Below the pieces are notes generated by a model, which worked only from the letters and a program-made list of their open reading frames with translations, did not search any database and was not told the origin of the DNA. This document shows, in pieces, positions 28,506-38,499 of a stretch of 64,000 bases of DNA. The stretch is from the NCBI GenBank assembly GCA_965215605.1, contig OZ244070.1, forward strand, positions 2,688,001 through 2,752,000, written 5' to 3'. Position numbers and translations under genes: made by a program. This stretch comes from an uncultured Candidatus Binatia bacterium. Lineage in GTDB: Bacteria > Desulfobacterota > Binatia > UBA9968 > JAJDTQ01. Numbering within the stretch: the stretch's first letter is position 1; every line of letters begins with the position of its first letter.

Positions 28506-29566
28506 TTCGGCTCCATCCCGCCCGACTGCGCGCTGCGGCGGAAAAGCAGCAAGGAGAACCACTGTTTCGGGTCGGTCCAGTGGCCCAGGCTCTCGAGCCC
28601 GAAGGAGCCGAGCAGCACCTGCAGGTCGTCGGGGTCGAACTTGCGGCTGGTCTCCACCAGGATTCCTTCACCCTTCTCCCAGACGAAGGACGCCGAGTGC
28701 CGGGGGAACTCCACCCGGTGGGTCTCGGCGGCGATCCCGTACATCTCCACCCGCTCCCGCGCCCGGCTGTAGCTGCTGCGATAGGCGATTTTCTCCGGTT
28801 GGAAGCCAGCCCCGGTGGCGCGGGTGACGTTGGCGAAGGCGTTCAGAATGAAGGCGGCGGTGACGCCGCGGGAGTCGTTGTAGGCGCGCTCGATGATCTC
28901 CGGCTCCTTGATGCGGTCCACCCCGAGCAGCAGGTAGTCCCGGGGCCCCATGTGGTCGCACAGGTGGGTGAAGAAATGCAGCATGTCGGTGGGAGTGAAA
29001 TTCCCGATGGTGCTGCCCAGGAACACCACGAGCTTGGGAATGTCCGGGGTGATGCTGGTGATGGCGTCCTCGAAGCGGGCCTTGAGCCCGGTGAACGCGA
29101 GCTCGGGAAACATCTCCTCGGCCATGCTCCTGGACGCCATGAGGGCGGTGGCGCTGACGTCCACCGCGGCGAAGGTGCCCCGGCCCCGGGCCCGGCTCAG
29201 CGCCTTGAGCAGATGGACGGTCTTCTTCGAGAAGCCGGCGCCGAGCTCCACGATGCAGTCTACCGGCGCCAGGCTCATCAGGGTGCCGGCCTCCCGCTCG
29301 AGGATGGCGGCCTCGGTGCGGGTGGTGTAGTACTCGGGCAGTTCGCAGATTTCCTCGAAGAGAAGCGAGCCCCTCTCGTCGTACAGGTGACAGGGTTCGA
29401 GCCACCGGGGACGGTCGAACAGCGTCCGGACCATGCCGGCGGCGACCCTTTCCGGGGGGCGTCGCCGGGGAGTCAGAATCGACGGCGCGGTGACGTTCCA
29501 GGTGGCGCGGTCGTCGGTCGAAAGGATCTCGGCGGGTTCACGGGTCTCTGCGGCTCGGGGAGTCAT
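28502..29566 (-). CDS. egtD: L-histidine N-alpha-trimethyltransferase EgtD family
   Basis: YDERGSLLFEEICELPEYYTTRTE, ELGAG, FLGSTIGNF, AYND, ETSRKF; start approximate. Confidence 0.87.
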   Translation of the reverse strand: MTPRAAETREPAEILSTDDRATWNVTAPSILTPRRRPPERVAAGMVRTLFDRPRWLEPCHLYDERGSLLFEEICELPEYYTTRTEAAILEREAGTLMSLAPVDCIVELGAGFSKKTVHLLKALSRARGRGTFAAVDVSATALMASRSMAEEMFPELAFTGLKARFEDAITSITPDIPKLVVFLGSTIGNFTPTDMLHFFTHLCDHMGPRDYLLLGVDRIKEPEIIERAYNDSRGVTAAFILNAFANVTRATGAGFQPEKIAYRSSYSRARERVEMYGIAAETHRVEFPRHSASFVWEKGEGILVETSRKFDPDDLQVLLGSFGLESLGHWTDPKQWFSLLLFRRSAQSGGMEPK

Positions 29567-29734
29567 CCGGTCAATATAGAGAACGGCAGGGATTTGTCCA
29601 CCGGTGTGCCTCCCGGGGCGGAGAACACCGCCTTTGTTGAAATCCAAAACGGCCATTACAGCGCCACGCTTGGCGATCCGTTGCGGGATGTCCCGCTCGC
29701 CGCGGCTACCAGCGTGCCGGAATGCGAGGGATCC

Positions 29735-30211
29735 ATGATACTTGAAGGCTCGTGCCACTGTCGCGCGGTTGCGTTTTCGGTCGAGTCCAAAACGCCACGC
29801 CCCTACATGTGCTGCTACTGCTCGATCTGCCGGAAGACCGCCGGGGGCGGCGGCTTTGCCGTCAATCTCGGCGGCGAGGCGGAGACCCTCACCGTACGGG
29901 GCAGACGCCATCTGAAGATCTATCGGGCGCGGCTCGAGGACGGCAGCGAAAGTCCCGCCGAACGGCGGTTCTGTGGCCGTTGCGGCAGCGCGCTCTGGGT
30001 CTGGGACCCGCGCTGGCCGGAACTGCTCCATCCGTTCGCGTCGGCCATCGACACACCTCTGCCGGCGCCGCCCGAGCGGTGCCACATCATGGTGGACTTC
30101 GCGCCGGGTTGGGTGAGGATCCCGGCGGGCAAACGGGACCCCCACTTCCCGGGTTATCCGGACCAGTCGATCAAGGACTGGCACCGGAGCCGCGACCTTC
30201 TCGGCCCTTGA
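29735..30211 (+). CDS. GFA/CENP-V family zinc protein
   Basis: GSCHC, CYCSICRK, RFCGRCGS. Confidence 0.9.
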   Translation: MILEGSCHCRAVAFSVESKTPRPYMCCYCSICRKTAGGGGFAVNLGGEAETLTVRGRRHLKIYRARLEDGSESPAERRFCGRCGSALWVWDPRWPELLHPFASAIDTPLPAPPERCHIMVDFAPGWVRIPAGKRDPHFPGYPDQSIKDWHRSRDLLGP

Positions 30212-30248
30212 TACGGGATTGCCTGGACCAAGACGCGAGGGGGATCCG

Positions 30249-32306
30249 CTATGATCCGTTTGCCCGGATCGGCCCCCCGGGCGGGACGCTGCCGTAGAGC
30301 GCCTTGTAGGCGTGGTAGTTCCGCAACACCGCCTTGACGTACAGCCGCGTCTCCCGGTAGGAGATCCGCTCGATGAACTCGACGTCATCGGCTGACCCGA
30401 GGTTCCGGGTCCACCGCTCCACCGCTTCCTTGCCGGCATTGTACGCCGCCAGCGCCTTGGCCCGACTGCCGGCGTAGTGTTCCAGAAGCCCCTTGAGGTG
30501 ATGCGCGCCGAGCCTGATGTTCAGTTCCGGATCGAACAGGTCCCGGCTCTCGGGCTCCGGCAGTCCGATCCGCGACGCTTCGTCGCGCGCGGTTTCATGG
30601 AGCAGTTGCATGAGGCCGAGGGCGTTGGCCGGGGACACGGCCCGTGCCCGGAACGCGCTTTCCTGTCGCATGAGCGAGAGCACCAGGTACGGGTCCAGCC
30701 CGTTGTCGGCCGCATACCGCCGCACGGCGCTCCAGTGGGCCAGCGGGTACCGGAATCTCAGCGTCTCGGATGAGGTCGGGGCGCGGGTCGCCAGCGAGAA
30801 GCTGCGATGGTGCGCGTGGGTCCGCGCGTACTCGCGCATGAGCAGCCGCTTGACGCGGGTGGTGCGCTTGGCGTGCCTGCGGACCCGGTCGAGCTCGGGA
30901 TGGGCGAGCCGGTTCAACCCGAGCCGCGCCAGCGCGCGCGCCCGGGCAAGGTGGAACCTGGCCCGCGGGCCCAGAGGCGGGGCTCCGGTCTTCTGCTCCG
31001 GACGAGCCGGCGACGGCGGGGCCGGGAGGGCGACTCCAAGGCCCGCCAGCCGCCGGGTTGCCAGGATCGCGTAGTAGGAATCCCGATCCCTGCGCACCAC
31101 CCGCCGGTACAGCCGTCCGGCGGCGGCGAGATCCTTCAGCTCTTCGGCGGCACGGGCCTCCCAGAAGGCGGCGGCCAACCTGAAGTTGCCGCGTCTGCCG
31201 GCGAGGTCCCGAAAGACGGCCTTGGCCGCCGGGTAGTCGGACCTCAGGTAGTGGATCCAGGCCAGGCGCCAAGCCGCGTCGTTGCGGAAACGGCTGAAGC
31301 GATGCTCCTTGGCGAAGAGCTGCTTATAGGTGCGGATCGCCTTCTCCCACTGCCCCGTGGACTCGTGGATGCGGCCGATGACGTAGACGGCGAAGCGCCG
31401 GCGGAGATGTCCGGGATACCTTCTCCTGAACTCGCGCAGGGTCCGCAAGGCCCCGGCGTTGTCGTCGCGATTCCATTGGATGGTGGCGATCCTCGTGAGC
31501 GCGGCTCCGGCCCGGGCGCGTCCTGGATAGTGTCGGACATACCGGCGGAGGACCTGCTCTTCCTCTTCCCGGAGCCGCAGCTTTCGGTAGACATCGGCCA
31601 GCCCCTCCAGCGACAGCCGGCGGAAGTTGGTTTCCCGCAGGATGCGCTGGTAGAGGTCCGCGGCCGTGCCGTATTCCCGTTCCCGCCGGAGCTGCCGGGC
31701 TTCCCGCAGCATCTCCTCGCCTTTGCGGAGTCCGAGCTGTTTCGGGTGCTTCCGGCGGAGTTCCAGGACCCGTTCACGGGCGCGTCGGCTCCATTCGGAG
31801 CGGGGCGCCCGCCGGCGCGCCTCCTGGTGGAAGGCGTAGGCCTGCCGGTCCTTGCCCACGGCCTCGTGGGCCTGCCCCAGGTAGTAGCCGGCCCGGGCCC
31901 GCGCGTTCCTTCCCCACGGCTTCTCTTTCAACGCGGCGGCGGCGCGGATGGCCGCCTGGTACCGTTTCCGGGCGAGATCCAGCTCCACCAACGCGAAGGA
32001 GGCTCCCCGGGCCCATATGCTCCAGGGGTAGGACTTCCGCAGTTCCCGGAAGTGGTCGCCCGCGGCGTCGTGCTTCCCGGCCTGCAGGGCGATTCGCCCG
32101 AGATAGTAGAGGGCATGGTCGCCGAGGACCAGGTCGGGGTCGCCCAGTGCGCTTCGGAAGAGCGTTTCCGAGCGGGAGTGGTCGCCCTCCGAATAGTGGC
32201 GGTAGGCGCGGGCGAACTCCGATTCCGACCCCGTGAGAGCGTGGACGGAAGCCGCCGCCGGCGCGAGCAGCAGAAACCAGACGAGGACGTAGAGACGCTT
32301 TTTCAT
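30249..32306 (-). CDS. TPR-containing soluble lytic murein transglycosylase (Slt-like)
   Basis: Signal peptide, TPR-like helices, RQES, GLMQL, AYNAG, ETRLYV. Confidence 0.9.
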   Translation of the reverse strand: MKKRLYVLVWFLLLAPAAASVHALTGSESEFARAYRHYSEGDHSRSETLFRSALGDPDLVLGDHALYYLGRIALQAGKHDAAGDHFRELRKSYPWSIWARGASFALVELDLARKRYQAAIRAAAALKEKPWGRNARARAGYYLGQAHEAVGKDRQAYAFHQEARRRAPRSEWSRRARERVLELRRKHPKQLGLRKGEEMLREARQLRREREYGTAADLYQRILRETNFRRLSLEGLADVYRKLRLREEEEQVLRRYVRHYPGRARAGAALTRIATIQWNRDDNAGALRTLREFRRRYPGHLRRRFAVYVIGRIHESTGQWEKAIRTYKQLFAKEHRFSRFRNDAAWRLAWIHYLRSDYPAAKAVFRDLAGRRGNFRLAAAFWEARAAEELKDLAAAGRLYRRVVRRDRDSYYAILATRRLAGLGVALPAPPSPARPEQKTGAPPLGPRARFHLARARALARLGLNRLAHPELDRVRRHAKRTTRVKRLLMREYARTHAHHRSFSLATRAPTSSETLRFRYPLAHWSAVRRYAADNGLDPYLVLSLMRQESAFRARAVSPANALGLMQLLHETARDEASRIGLPEPESRDLFDPELNIRLGAHHLKGLLEHYAGSRAKALAAYNAGKEAVERWTRNLGSADDVEFIERISYRETRLYVKAVLRNYHAYKALYGSVPPGGPIRANGS

Positions 32307-32438
32307 CGGCGTGCCGGATCGTTTCGGAATTGTAACAGGCACGGCGCCGGCGGGTAAGGTGCCGGGGGCTGTGGTATACTCGAATCCTGTCGTGCAGGTG
32401 GAGGAGCCGCCGGCTCCGAATCCGAGGGCGGGGCATCG

Positions 32439-33137
32439 ATGGTCGACATCGCCGGTAACTGCAAACGGGTCCTGGAAGGAATCCGCCGCGCCGCGGAGCG
32501 GAGCGGCAGGGATCCGCGGCAGGTCAGGCTGCTTGCCGCCACGAAGACCCAGCCCGTCTCCGCGGTGCGGGCCGCCGTGGAAGCGGGGGTGCGTCTGCTG
32601 GGCGAGAACTACGTGCAGGAAGCGCAGGCCAAGAAGGATCTCGTCGGCGATATTGCCGAGTGGCACATGATCGGACACCTCCAGCGAAACAAGGTGCGGT
32701 CCGCAGCGGAGTTGTTTTCGGTCATCCAGACCCTGGACAACCCGCGCCTGGCCCGGCTATTGGACCGGGAGGGGCGCGAGCGAAACCGGGACGTTCCTGT
32801 GCTGGTGGAGGTCAACCTCACCGGAGAGCAGACCAAGACGGGCGTGGCCGAAGAAGGGCTTGCGCCGCTGTTGCGGGAGGTGTCCGGACTGGAACGGCTC
32901 CGGGTCCGCGGCCTGATGATCGTGCCGCCGTTCGCCGAGGACCCGGAAGCGGGCCGCCCGCATTTCCGGAGGCTCCGGGAGTTGCGTGATTCGCTGAACG
33001 ACCTCGGCCTTGCCAACGTGGCCCTGGACGAGTTGTCCATGGGGATGACACATGACTATGAGGTGGCGGTGGCCGAGGGGTCGACGCTTGTGCGGGTCGG
33101 CACTGCCTTGTTCGGCCCCAGAGGCCCGTCGCGGTAA
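32439..33137 (+). CDS. yggS: PLP homeostasis protein
   Basis: AATKT, GENYVQE, HMIGHLQRNK, LSMGM, VRVGTALFG. Confidence 0.95.
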   Translation: MVDIAGNCKRVLEGIRRAAERSGRDPRQVRLLAATKTQPVSAVRAAVEAGVRLLGENYVQEAQAKKDLVGDIAEWHMIGHLQRNKVRSAAELFSVIQTLDNPRLARLLDREGRERNRDVPVLVEVNLTGEQTKTGVAEEGLAPLLREVSGLERLRVRGLMIVPPFAEDPEAGRPHFRRLRELRDSLNDLGLANVALDELSMGMTHDYEVAVAEGSTLVRVGTALFGPRGPSR

Positions 33138-33166
33138 GCGGGCTCAAACCAACCAGAGGTGGGGAT

Positions 33167-33466
33167 ATGTTCGTGGCGGGAAACTTTCTGCAGGCGGTCG
33201 CTGGACTTCTCGATTTCGCCTTGACTCTCTACGTGTGGCTGATCGTGGGGCGCGCCGTGATCTCCTGGGTCAATGCCGACCCCTACAACCCCATCGTGCG
33301 CATGCTCTGCAACCTCACCGATCCGGTCCTGGACCGGTTGAGGCAGATGCTTCCCATGAGCTTCGGCGGCATCGACATGTCGCCCGTCGCGGCCATCTTC
33401 ATCGCCTGGTTCCTGCGCGCCTTCCTGGTGACGTCGCTCTACGACCTGGCCCGGGCAGTGAACTAG
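33167..33466 (+). CDS. yggT: YggT family membrane protein
   Basis: SWVNADPYNPIV, GGIDMSP. Confidence 0.92.
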   Translation: MFVAGNFLQAVAGLLDFALTLYVWLIVGRAVISWVNADPYNPIVRMLCNLTDPVLDRLRQMLPMSFGGIDMSPVAAIFIAWFLRAFLVTSLYDLARAVN

Positions 33467-33522
33467 TGTTCTGTCCCACGTAATTCTTCACCAAGATGCG
33501 CAGGATTTCTTGTCGTCGGCAA
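33463..33522 (+). repeat. MITE-like repeat, truncated copy
   Basis: CTAGTGTT...AAGATGCGCAGGA...GTCGGCAA shared with the 47829 and 56686 copies. Confidence 0.7.
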
Positions 33523-33562
33523 CAGGGCACCGCTAGCGTGGGCTTGGAACTTGGCCGTGTAG

Positions 33563-33856
33563 GTGGCCGACCTGCACGAGCGGGCGCACTCGGGAGCGTA
33601 CCGGGCGACGCCGTCGCGGCGCGTGAACATCCCCAAGCCCGACGGCGGGACACGACCGCTCGGCGTCGCGGCCATCGAGGACAAGATAGTCCAGAAGGCC
33701 GTGACGGAGACAATCCTGACACCGATATACGAGGCGGAGTTCCTGGGGTTCGGTTACAGGTTCCGGCCCGGACGTGGGACGCACGACGCGCTCACCGCGC
33801 TCACGACCGGAATAAAACGTCGCGAAATCACCTGGGTGGTGGACATTGACGTACGC
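33563..33856 (+). pseudogene. Group II intron reverse transcriptase fragment
   Basis: YRATPSRRVNIPKPDGGTRPLG..EDKIVQ, FRPGRGTHDA, WVVDID; no YADD or downstream domains. Confidence 0.85.
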
Positions 33857-33892
33857 GCTGCAGGACTCGGCATCGCGAGAAGGAATCAAATC

Positions 33893-36232
33893 ATGCGGGA
33901 AAGCGCGCAGAACATGACATCCATGTCGAAGCCCGTTTTCTTCGATCTGGTAGTGGGTCGATACTTCTGGACGATAGCCGTCACATTCCTCGTGACCGCG
34001 GTTCTCGCCGCGGGAGTGCAGCACCTGATTACCGTCAATGTAGGCATCCGAAATCACTTCGATGAACATGACCGGCATTTGATCAAACTTGACGATTTCG
34101 AAGAGACCTACGCAGTGTCGGACAGCGTGCTCGTCATTGTCGCGCCGCCGAACGACACGGTTTTCACGCGCCAAGTACTCGTTGCGATTGAGCAACTGAC
34201 GGAGGTGTTGTGGCAAACGCCTTATTCTGTCCGTGTCGATTCGATAACCAATTACCTGCACACCGAGGGAATCGAGGACACCCTGATTGTCGAGCAGCTG
34301 GTCGACGATGCGGCTTTGCTGGACGAGGTCAAACTCGCCCGCATTCGACAGATTGCGCTCACCACACAGGACACGGCCGGCCGTTTCGTCTCTCGCGACG
34401 GTCGTGTGGCCGGGCTGATCGTGAGCCTGGCAATTCCCGATGAAAAACGGAAACAGCGCAAAATCGACGTGGTCGACGGTCTCTACGATCTTGTCAACAA
34501 ACAGCGCGCGGCCAACCCCGACATCGAATATCACATCTATGGTGAACTGTTGTTGAATCGGGCGGTTCGCGAGGCGCTGAATGAAGATATGTCCTTTTTG
34601 GCGCCCATCGCGTTTGCGATGATGGTTCTGGTGGCCATTCTATTGCTGTGGTCGGTTTGGAGCGTCTGTGGAATTTTTGCGATGATAATTGCGGTGATGG
34701 CATCGAGCTTCGGTTTAACCGGCTGGTTCGGATTGAAATTCTATGCGGAAAGCGGCGCTGCGGTATTCGTTCTGATGGCGATCGCCATCGCACACTCCGT
34801 CCACCTGATCGAAGGAATGACCGATGGAATGCGTCGTGGAATGGAACGTAAAGCCGCTGTTGTTCATTCCCTGCAAATCAATGCCCATCCGATATTTCTC
34901 ACTTCGCTCACAACCATGATCGGTTTTCTGAGCCTGAATTTCTCGGAAATGCCGCCGTTTCGAGTGATGGGAAATATCGTTGCGTTCGGCGCCATGTGCG
35001 CATTCGTTTACGCGGTCACGCTTTTGCCCGCATTGCTGGCGATGATGCCCATGCGGGCACCCGCCGAAAAGAGAAACGGAACGAAAACTTTCAAGCGTTT
35101 GGGAGATTTCGTCGTGTCCAAAAGCACCTTGTTGCTTTGGGCTTTCGTCATACTCGTTCTGGTGAGCGGATATGGCGTCTCGAGAATTAAACTGAACGAC
35201 AACAACAACGCCAAGCTGCTGAACGAAAGCTACGAGTTGCGCCGATCGGGGGATTTCATAAACGAGAACTTTTCCGGGCTGGATTCCTTCGAGTATTCAC
35301 TGGATTCCGGGCGTGCAGGGGGGATCACCGACATCGAGTACCTGCATCGGGTGGATTCGTTCGCCAATTGGCTTCGCGAACAGCCTGAAGTTTCTCACGT
35401 CACCTCGATGGCCGATATCATGAAGCGAATTAATCAGAATCTGCATAATGACGCAAAAGGCTCCTATGCCCTGCCGGCAAACTCCGACCTTGCGGCCCAA
35501 TACCTGCTTTTATACCAGTTCTCCCTACCGGTGGGCCGCGACATAAACAATCTCATCAACTTTGAGCGGTCGGCGACCCGGATGACCGTCGTGATCGGGG
35601 GAATGTCGGTCAAAGAGCAAATCGAGTTGGACAATCGCGCTTCTGCCTGGCTGGGAGAAAACGCGCCGCAAATGCGAACCGGAGCGACCGGCGTCGCCAT
35701 TGTCGGCGCTTACTCGGTGATGAGAAACATCGTAAATATGTTGCTCGGCACCTTCATCGCAATCTCGATCGTGTCGTTGCTGTTGATTTTTGCATTCAAA
35801 AGCCTTCGTTTGGGGCTTCTGAGCCTAATACCGAATTTCGTTCCAGCAATCATCGCCCTGGGGGCTTGGGGTTACGCGGTGGGAACCGTGAATATCGCCG
35901 CATCAATCGTTACCGCGATAGCGTTTGCCATCGTTGTGGACGACACCATCCATCTGCTGTCCAAATACCTGAAATCACGCGCAGAGGGCAAATCACCTTC
36001 CGAAGCTATCGCGCCGACTTTCGAGGTCGTTGGAAAACCGCTGTTAAGCACAACCTTGATTTTTGCGGTGGCATTTTTCGTCTTTGGCGCGTCGGGGCTG
36101 GTGACCAATCAGACGCTCGGGTTGCTGGTCGGAATGACGGTCATCGTTGCGCTCCTTGCGGACCTCTTTTTACTACCGCCGCTTCTGCTGGCGCTCGACA
36201 GGACGAAACACGGGCCAGCGCGCGGCGACTAG
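33893..36232 (+). CDS. MMPL/RND family lipid transporter
   Basis: Own AGGA RBS and ATG; two membrane repeats; TSLTTMIGFLSL, IVVDDTIH. Confidence 0.88.
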   Translation: MRESAQNMTSMSKPVFFDLVVGRYFWTIAVTFLVTAVLAAGVQHLITVNVGIRNHFDEHDRHLIKLDDFEETYAVSDSVLVIVAPPNDTVFTRQVLVAIEQLTEVLWQTPYSVRVDSITNYLHTEGIEDTLIVEQLVDDAALLDEVKLARIRQIALTTQDTAGRFVSRDGRVAGLIVSLAIPDEKRKQRKIDVVDGLYDLVNKQRAANPDIEYHIYGELLLNRAVREALNEDMSFLAPIAFAMMVLVAILLLWSVWSVCGIFAMIIAVMASSFGLTGWFGLKFYAESGAAVFVLMAIAIAHSVHLIEGMTDGMRRGMERKAAVVHSLQINAHPIFLTSLTTMIGFLSLNFSEMPPFRVMGNIVAFGAMCAFVYAVTLLPALLAMMPMRAPAEKRNGTKTFKRLGDFVVSKSTLLLWAFVILVLVSGYGVSRIKLNDNNNAKLLNESYELRRSGDFINENFSGLDSFEYSLDSGRAGGITDIEYLHRVDSFANWLREQPEVSHVTSMADIMKRINQNLHNDAKGSYALPANSDLAAQYLLLYQFSLPVGRDINNLINFERSATRMTVVIGGMSVKEQIELDNRASAWLGENAPQMRTGATGVAIVGAYSVMRNIVNMLLGTFIAISIVSLLLIFAFKSLRLGLLSLIPNFVPAIIALGAWGYAVGTVNIAASIVTAIAFAIVVDDTIHLLSKYLKSRAEGKSPSEAIAPTFEVVGKPLLSTTLIFAVAFFVFGASGLVTNQTLGLLVGMTVIVALLADLFLLPPLLLALDRTKHGPARGD

Positions 36233-36400
36233 CTTCCGGGACGTTTTGTGATGGCCGAAGGCATGAGGCCCTGGACGCGCCGATCACCCCGGTTCCGCCG
36301 GCGTCTCGCGAGCAAACTTCCGCCCGTCCGCGTCCACGTTCGCGGCATGCCGTCATTCTCGACAGCGTCCGTATTGCCGGTCACGAGTGCAGGAGCACCT

Positions 36401-38419
36401 TCAAGACGAAATTTCGCGCAACTGGCTTGCGATGCGCAGCCGAAGTTTCTTCGTAACCGACAATGCCGGGAATGGGTTGATTTTCAGCTTATAGTCTTTG
36501 GGCGGCGGCGCAAAGTCAAAATGATGCGCTATAACCAACACGGTAACCGTCGCCTGCAAATGCATCCATGCCCATCCCGCGCACGAGTGGGTATCCAAGC
36601 CGTTCGGAGCGTATCCAGGACCTTGATGCTCATTGCGCGGCGGGAGGTAACGGTCGATATCGAAGTCGTAGGGGTCTGCGAAGCAATCACTCATGTAGTG
36701 GGCCGCGGTTTGCACAATGTACAACCGTTCCCTGAGCGGCAGTGAATAATTTTCCACCACGCAAGAATTTGCGACATCGCGAAGATGTGTGCTGATAATC
36801 GGATACATTCGCAAGCATTCCATGAGAAAGCGCCTGGTAACGTCATACTTGTCCGGCGTAAACGCTTCTTTATCCGGATCGCCGCCATCGAACAGCGCGT
36901 TTGCCTCTTCACGAATTCTCGCCGCAATATCCGGGTGCCGGGCCAACTCATAAAGCGCGAAACCCAACATGTCCCCTAGATAAATACTTTGAAACACGGG
37001 CGTTACCGCCATCATGAACATCAGGTTTTGCTCCGGGATAAACTGCGGATCGCTGCTGTGCAAAGAAATCAGCTCGTCCGCCAGCTCCCGGGCGGCGCCT
37101 GCACGGTGAATGGGAATGTGGTTCTGTTCGATGCGCCGAAGGAGTTTCTCGTAAAGCTGGAAGCGATACTTCATGCCGGGAGTGCGCGTCAGGAATTTCG
37201 GCAGAAAATCCGCAACGTAGCAAAGGATTGCTTTTTCATTCCATTTGACCAGGTCTTCAAATACATCTTGCGAATTCGTACTAATAAGAACCTGAGACAT
37301 TTGAAAATTGGTCATCGACCGGGTATCGCGCTGTACTTCCAGTGTCGAGCCTGCCTGCCACTTTTGAGTTATCATGAATTGGCGGCTCAGTCGGAACATG
37401 TCATCCAGCCGCTCATGGAAACTGGCCTTCGAGTAAATTTTCCCCATCAGCTTGCGCAATCGAAAATGATCAGCTCCGTCCGTCGACGGCAGTAAATTGT
37501 TTGCGCCGCAAACCGTCTCCATCTTGCGAAAAAAATTGCCGGAAGTCAAAAACCTTCGGGAATTTCGACGCATCCAATGATTGATGTCAGGTCCTGCCAA
37601 AAATGTTCGCGGCCTTTGAAACGGCGGACAGATTTGAAAGACGGGACCATATCGGTCGGCCAGATTCCCGAACAGCGCCGGGAGGTTGCCGTCCCACAAA
37701 TGCCGATTTGCAAACAAGCTCCTTAGGGGAATCTTCGGAATTGGTTTTGTGAGGGGTGAGTGTTGCAATACAGGCGTAATGGCGAGCTGCTTGACAGCAG
37801 TGGAGATGACCCGGTTGATCAGTTCCGTTTTACAAACCTGGTCAATTCGCTGTTTCTCGTTCTCACCCAGCTCGAAAATGAATTTGATGATATCGCACGC
37901 GTTCAAAAGACCGATTATCAGGGAATCCCTCGGGTCTGGAATGATATCCGTGAAAATCACCTTCGCGATTCGCGATTTGATGTACTTTCCAACGGTTTCG
38001 CTTTGGGGATATCGTTCCAATTCCGCATGCCAGGCGCAGTGGTTCGTTGTATAAAACTCACCATCATGGCGCGTCAGAATTTCGGAGTTGATCAACTGCT
38101 TCAGTGTAGCATCGATGATGTCTTCCGAATGAACTGCAAGCCGCTCAATCCAGTATCGCGGTTCTTCGAGATTGGGATGGGATGCAAACTCGTCCAGGCA
38201 TAGATCCAGTGCCGGGTCGCCTGTTTTGGTCGAGTCCAGGAGAAAGAGCGATTCTTCATCTGTATCAATGCGTGATTTCAGGGAGAGATCGGCCAGAACT
38301 GCGCCGATGGTGGCGCAGTTCAGCGTCCAGCCCTCCACTTGGTGGAAATAACCGTTCTGCTCGTTGAGAATCGTCAGGATGAATTCTTGCGGGATATTCA
38401 ACGATTGCTTCGTTATCAT
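36401..38419 (-). CDS. GPP34 (GOLPH3-like) domain-cytochrome P450 fusion
   Basis: N-term GAVLADLSLKSRIDTD...TGDPALD...WI; C-term ECLRMYP, FDIDRY, HSCAG heme Cys; start 38419 or 38431. Confidence 0.8.
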   Translation of the reverse strand: MITKQSLNIPQEFILTILNEQNGYFHQVEGWTLNCATIGAVLADLSLKSRIDTDEESLFLLDSTKTGDPALDLCLDEFASHPNLEEPRYWIERLAVHSEDIIDATLKQLINSEILTRHDGEFYTTNHCAWHAELERYPQSETVGKYIKSRIAKVIFTDIIPDPRDSLIIGLLNACDIIKFIFELGENEKQRIDQVCKTELINRVISTAVKQLAITPVLQHSPLTKPIPKIPLRSLFANRHLWDGNLPALFGNLADRYGPVFQICPPFQRPRTFLAGPDINHWMRRNSRRFLTSGNFFRKMETVCGANNLLPSTDGADHFRLRKLMGKIYSKASFHERLDDMFRLSRQFMITQKWQAGSTLEVQRDTRSMTNFQMSQVLISTNSQDVFEDLVKWNEKAILCYVADFLPKFLTRTPGMKYRFQLYEKLLRRIEQNHIPIHRAGAARELADELISLHSSDPQFIPEQNLMFMMAVTPVFQSIYLGDMLGFALYELARHPDIAARIREEANALFDGGDPDKEAFTPDKYDVTRRFLMECLRMYPIISTHLRDVANSCVVENYSLPLRERLYIVQTAAHYMSDCFADPYDFDIDRYLPPRNEHQGPGYAPNGLDTHSCAGWAWMHLQATVTVLVIAHHFDFAPPPKDYKLKINPFPALSVTKKLRLRIASQLREISS

Positions 38420-38499
38420 GTTACACGCCATTCCTCGTGATTTGATTCTTTCTCGTGATGCCGATGCCTGCGGCTTCCGGTCCCCTTTTTTCCATCCCT

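Noticed and set aside
33563-36232. 889-aa RT-membrane protein as a retron or defence RT system
   Set aside because: The RT part is group II intron-like, lacks YADD, and the transporter has its own RBS and start; no ncRNA was seen.
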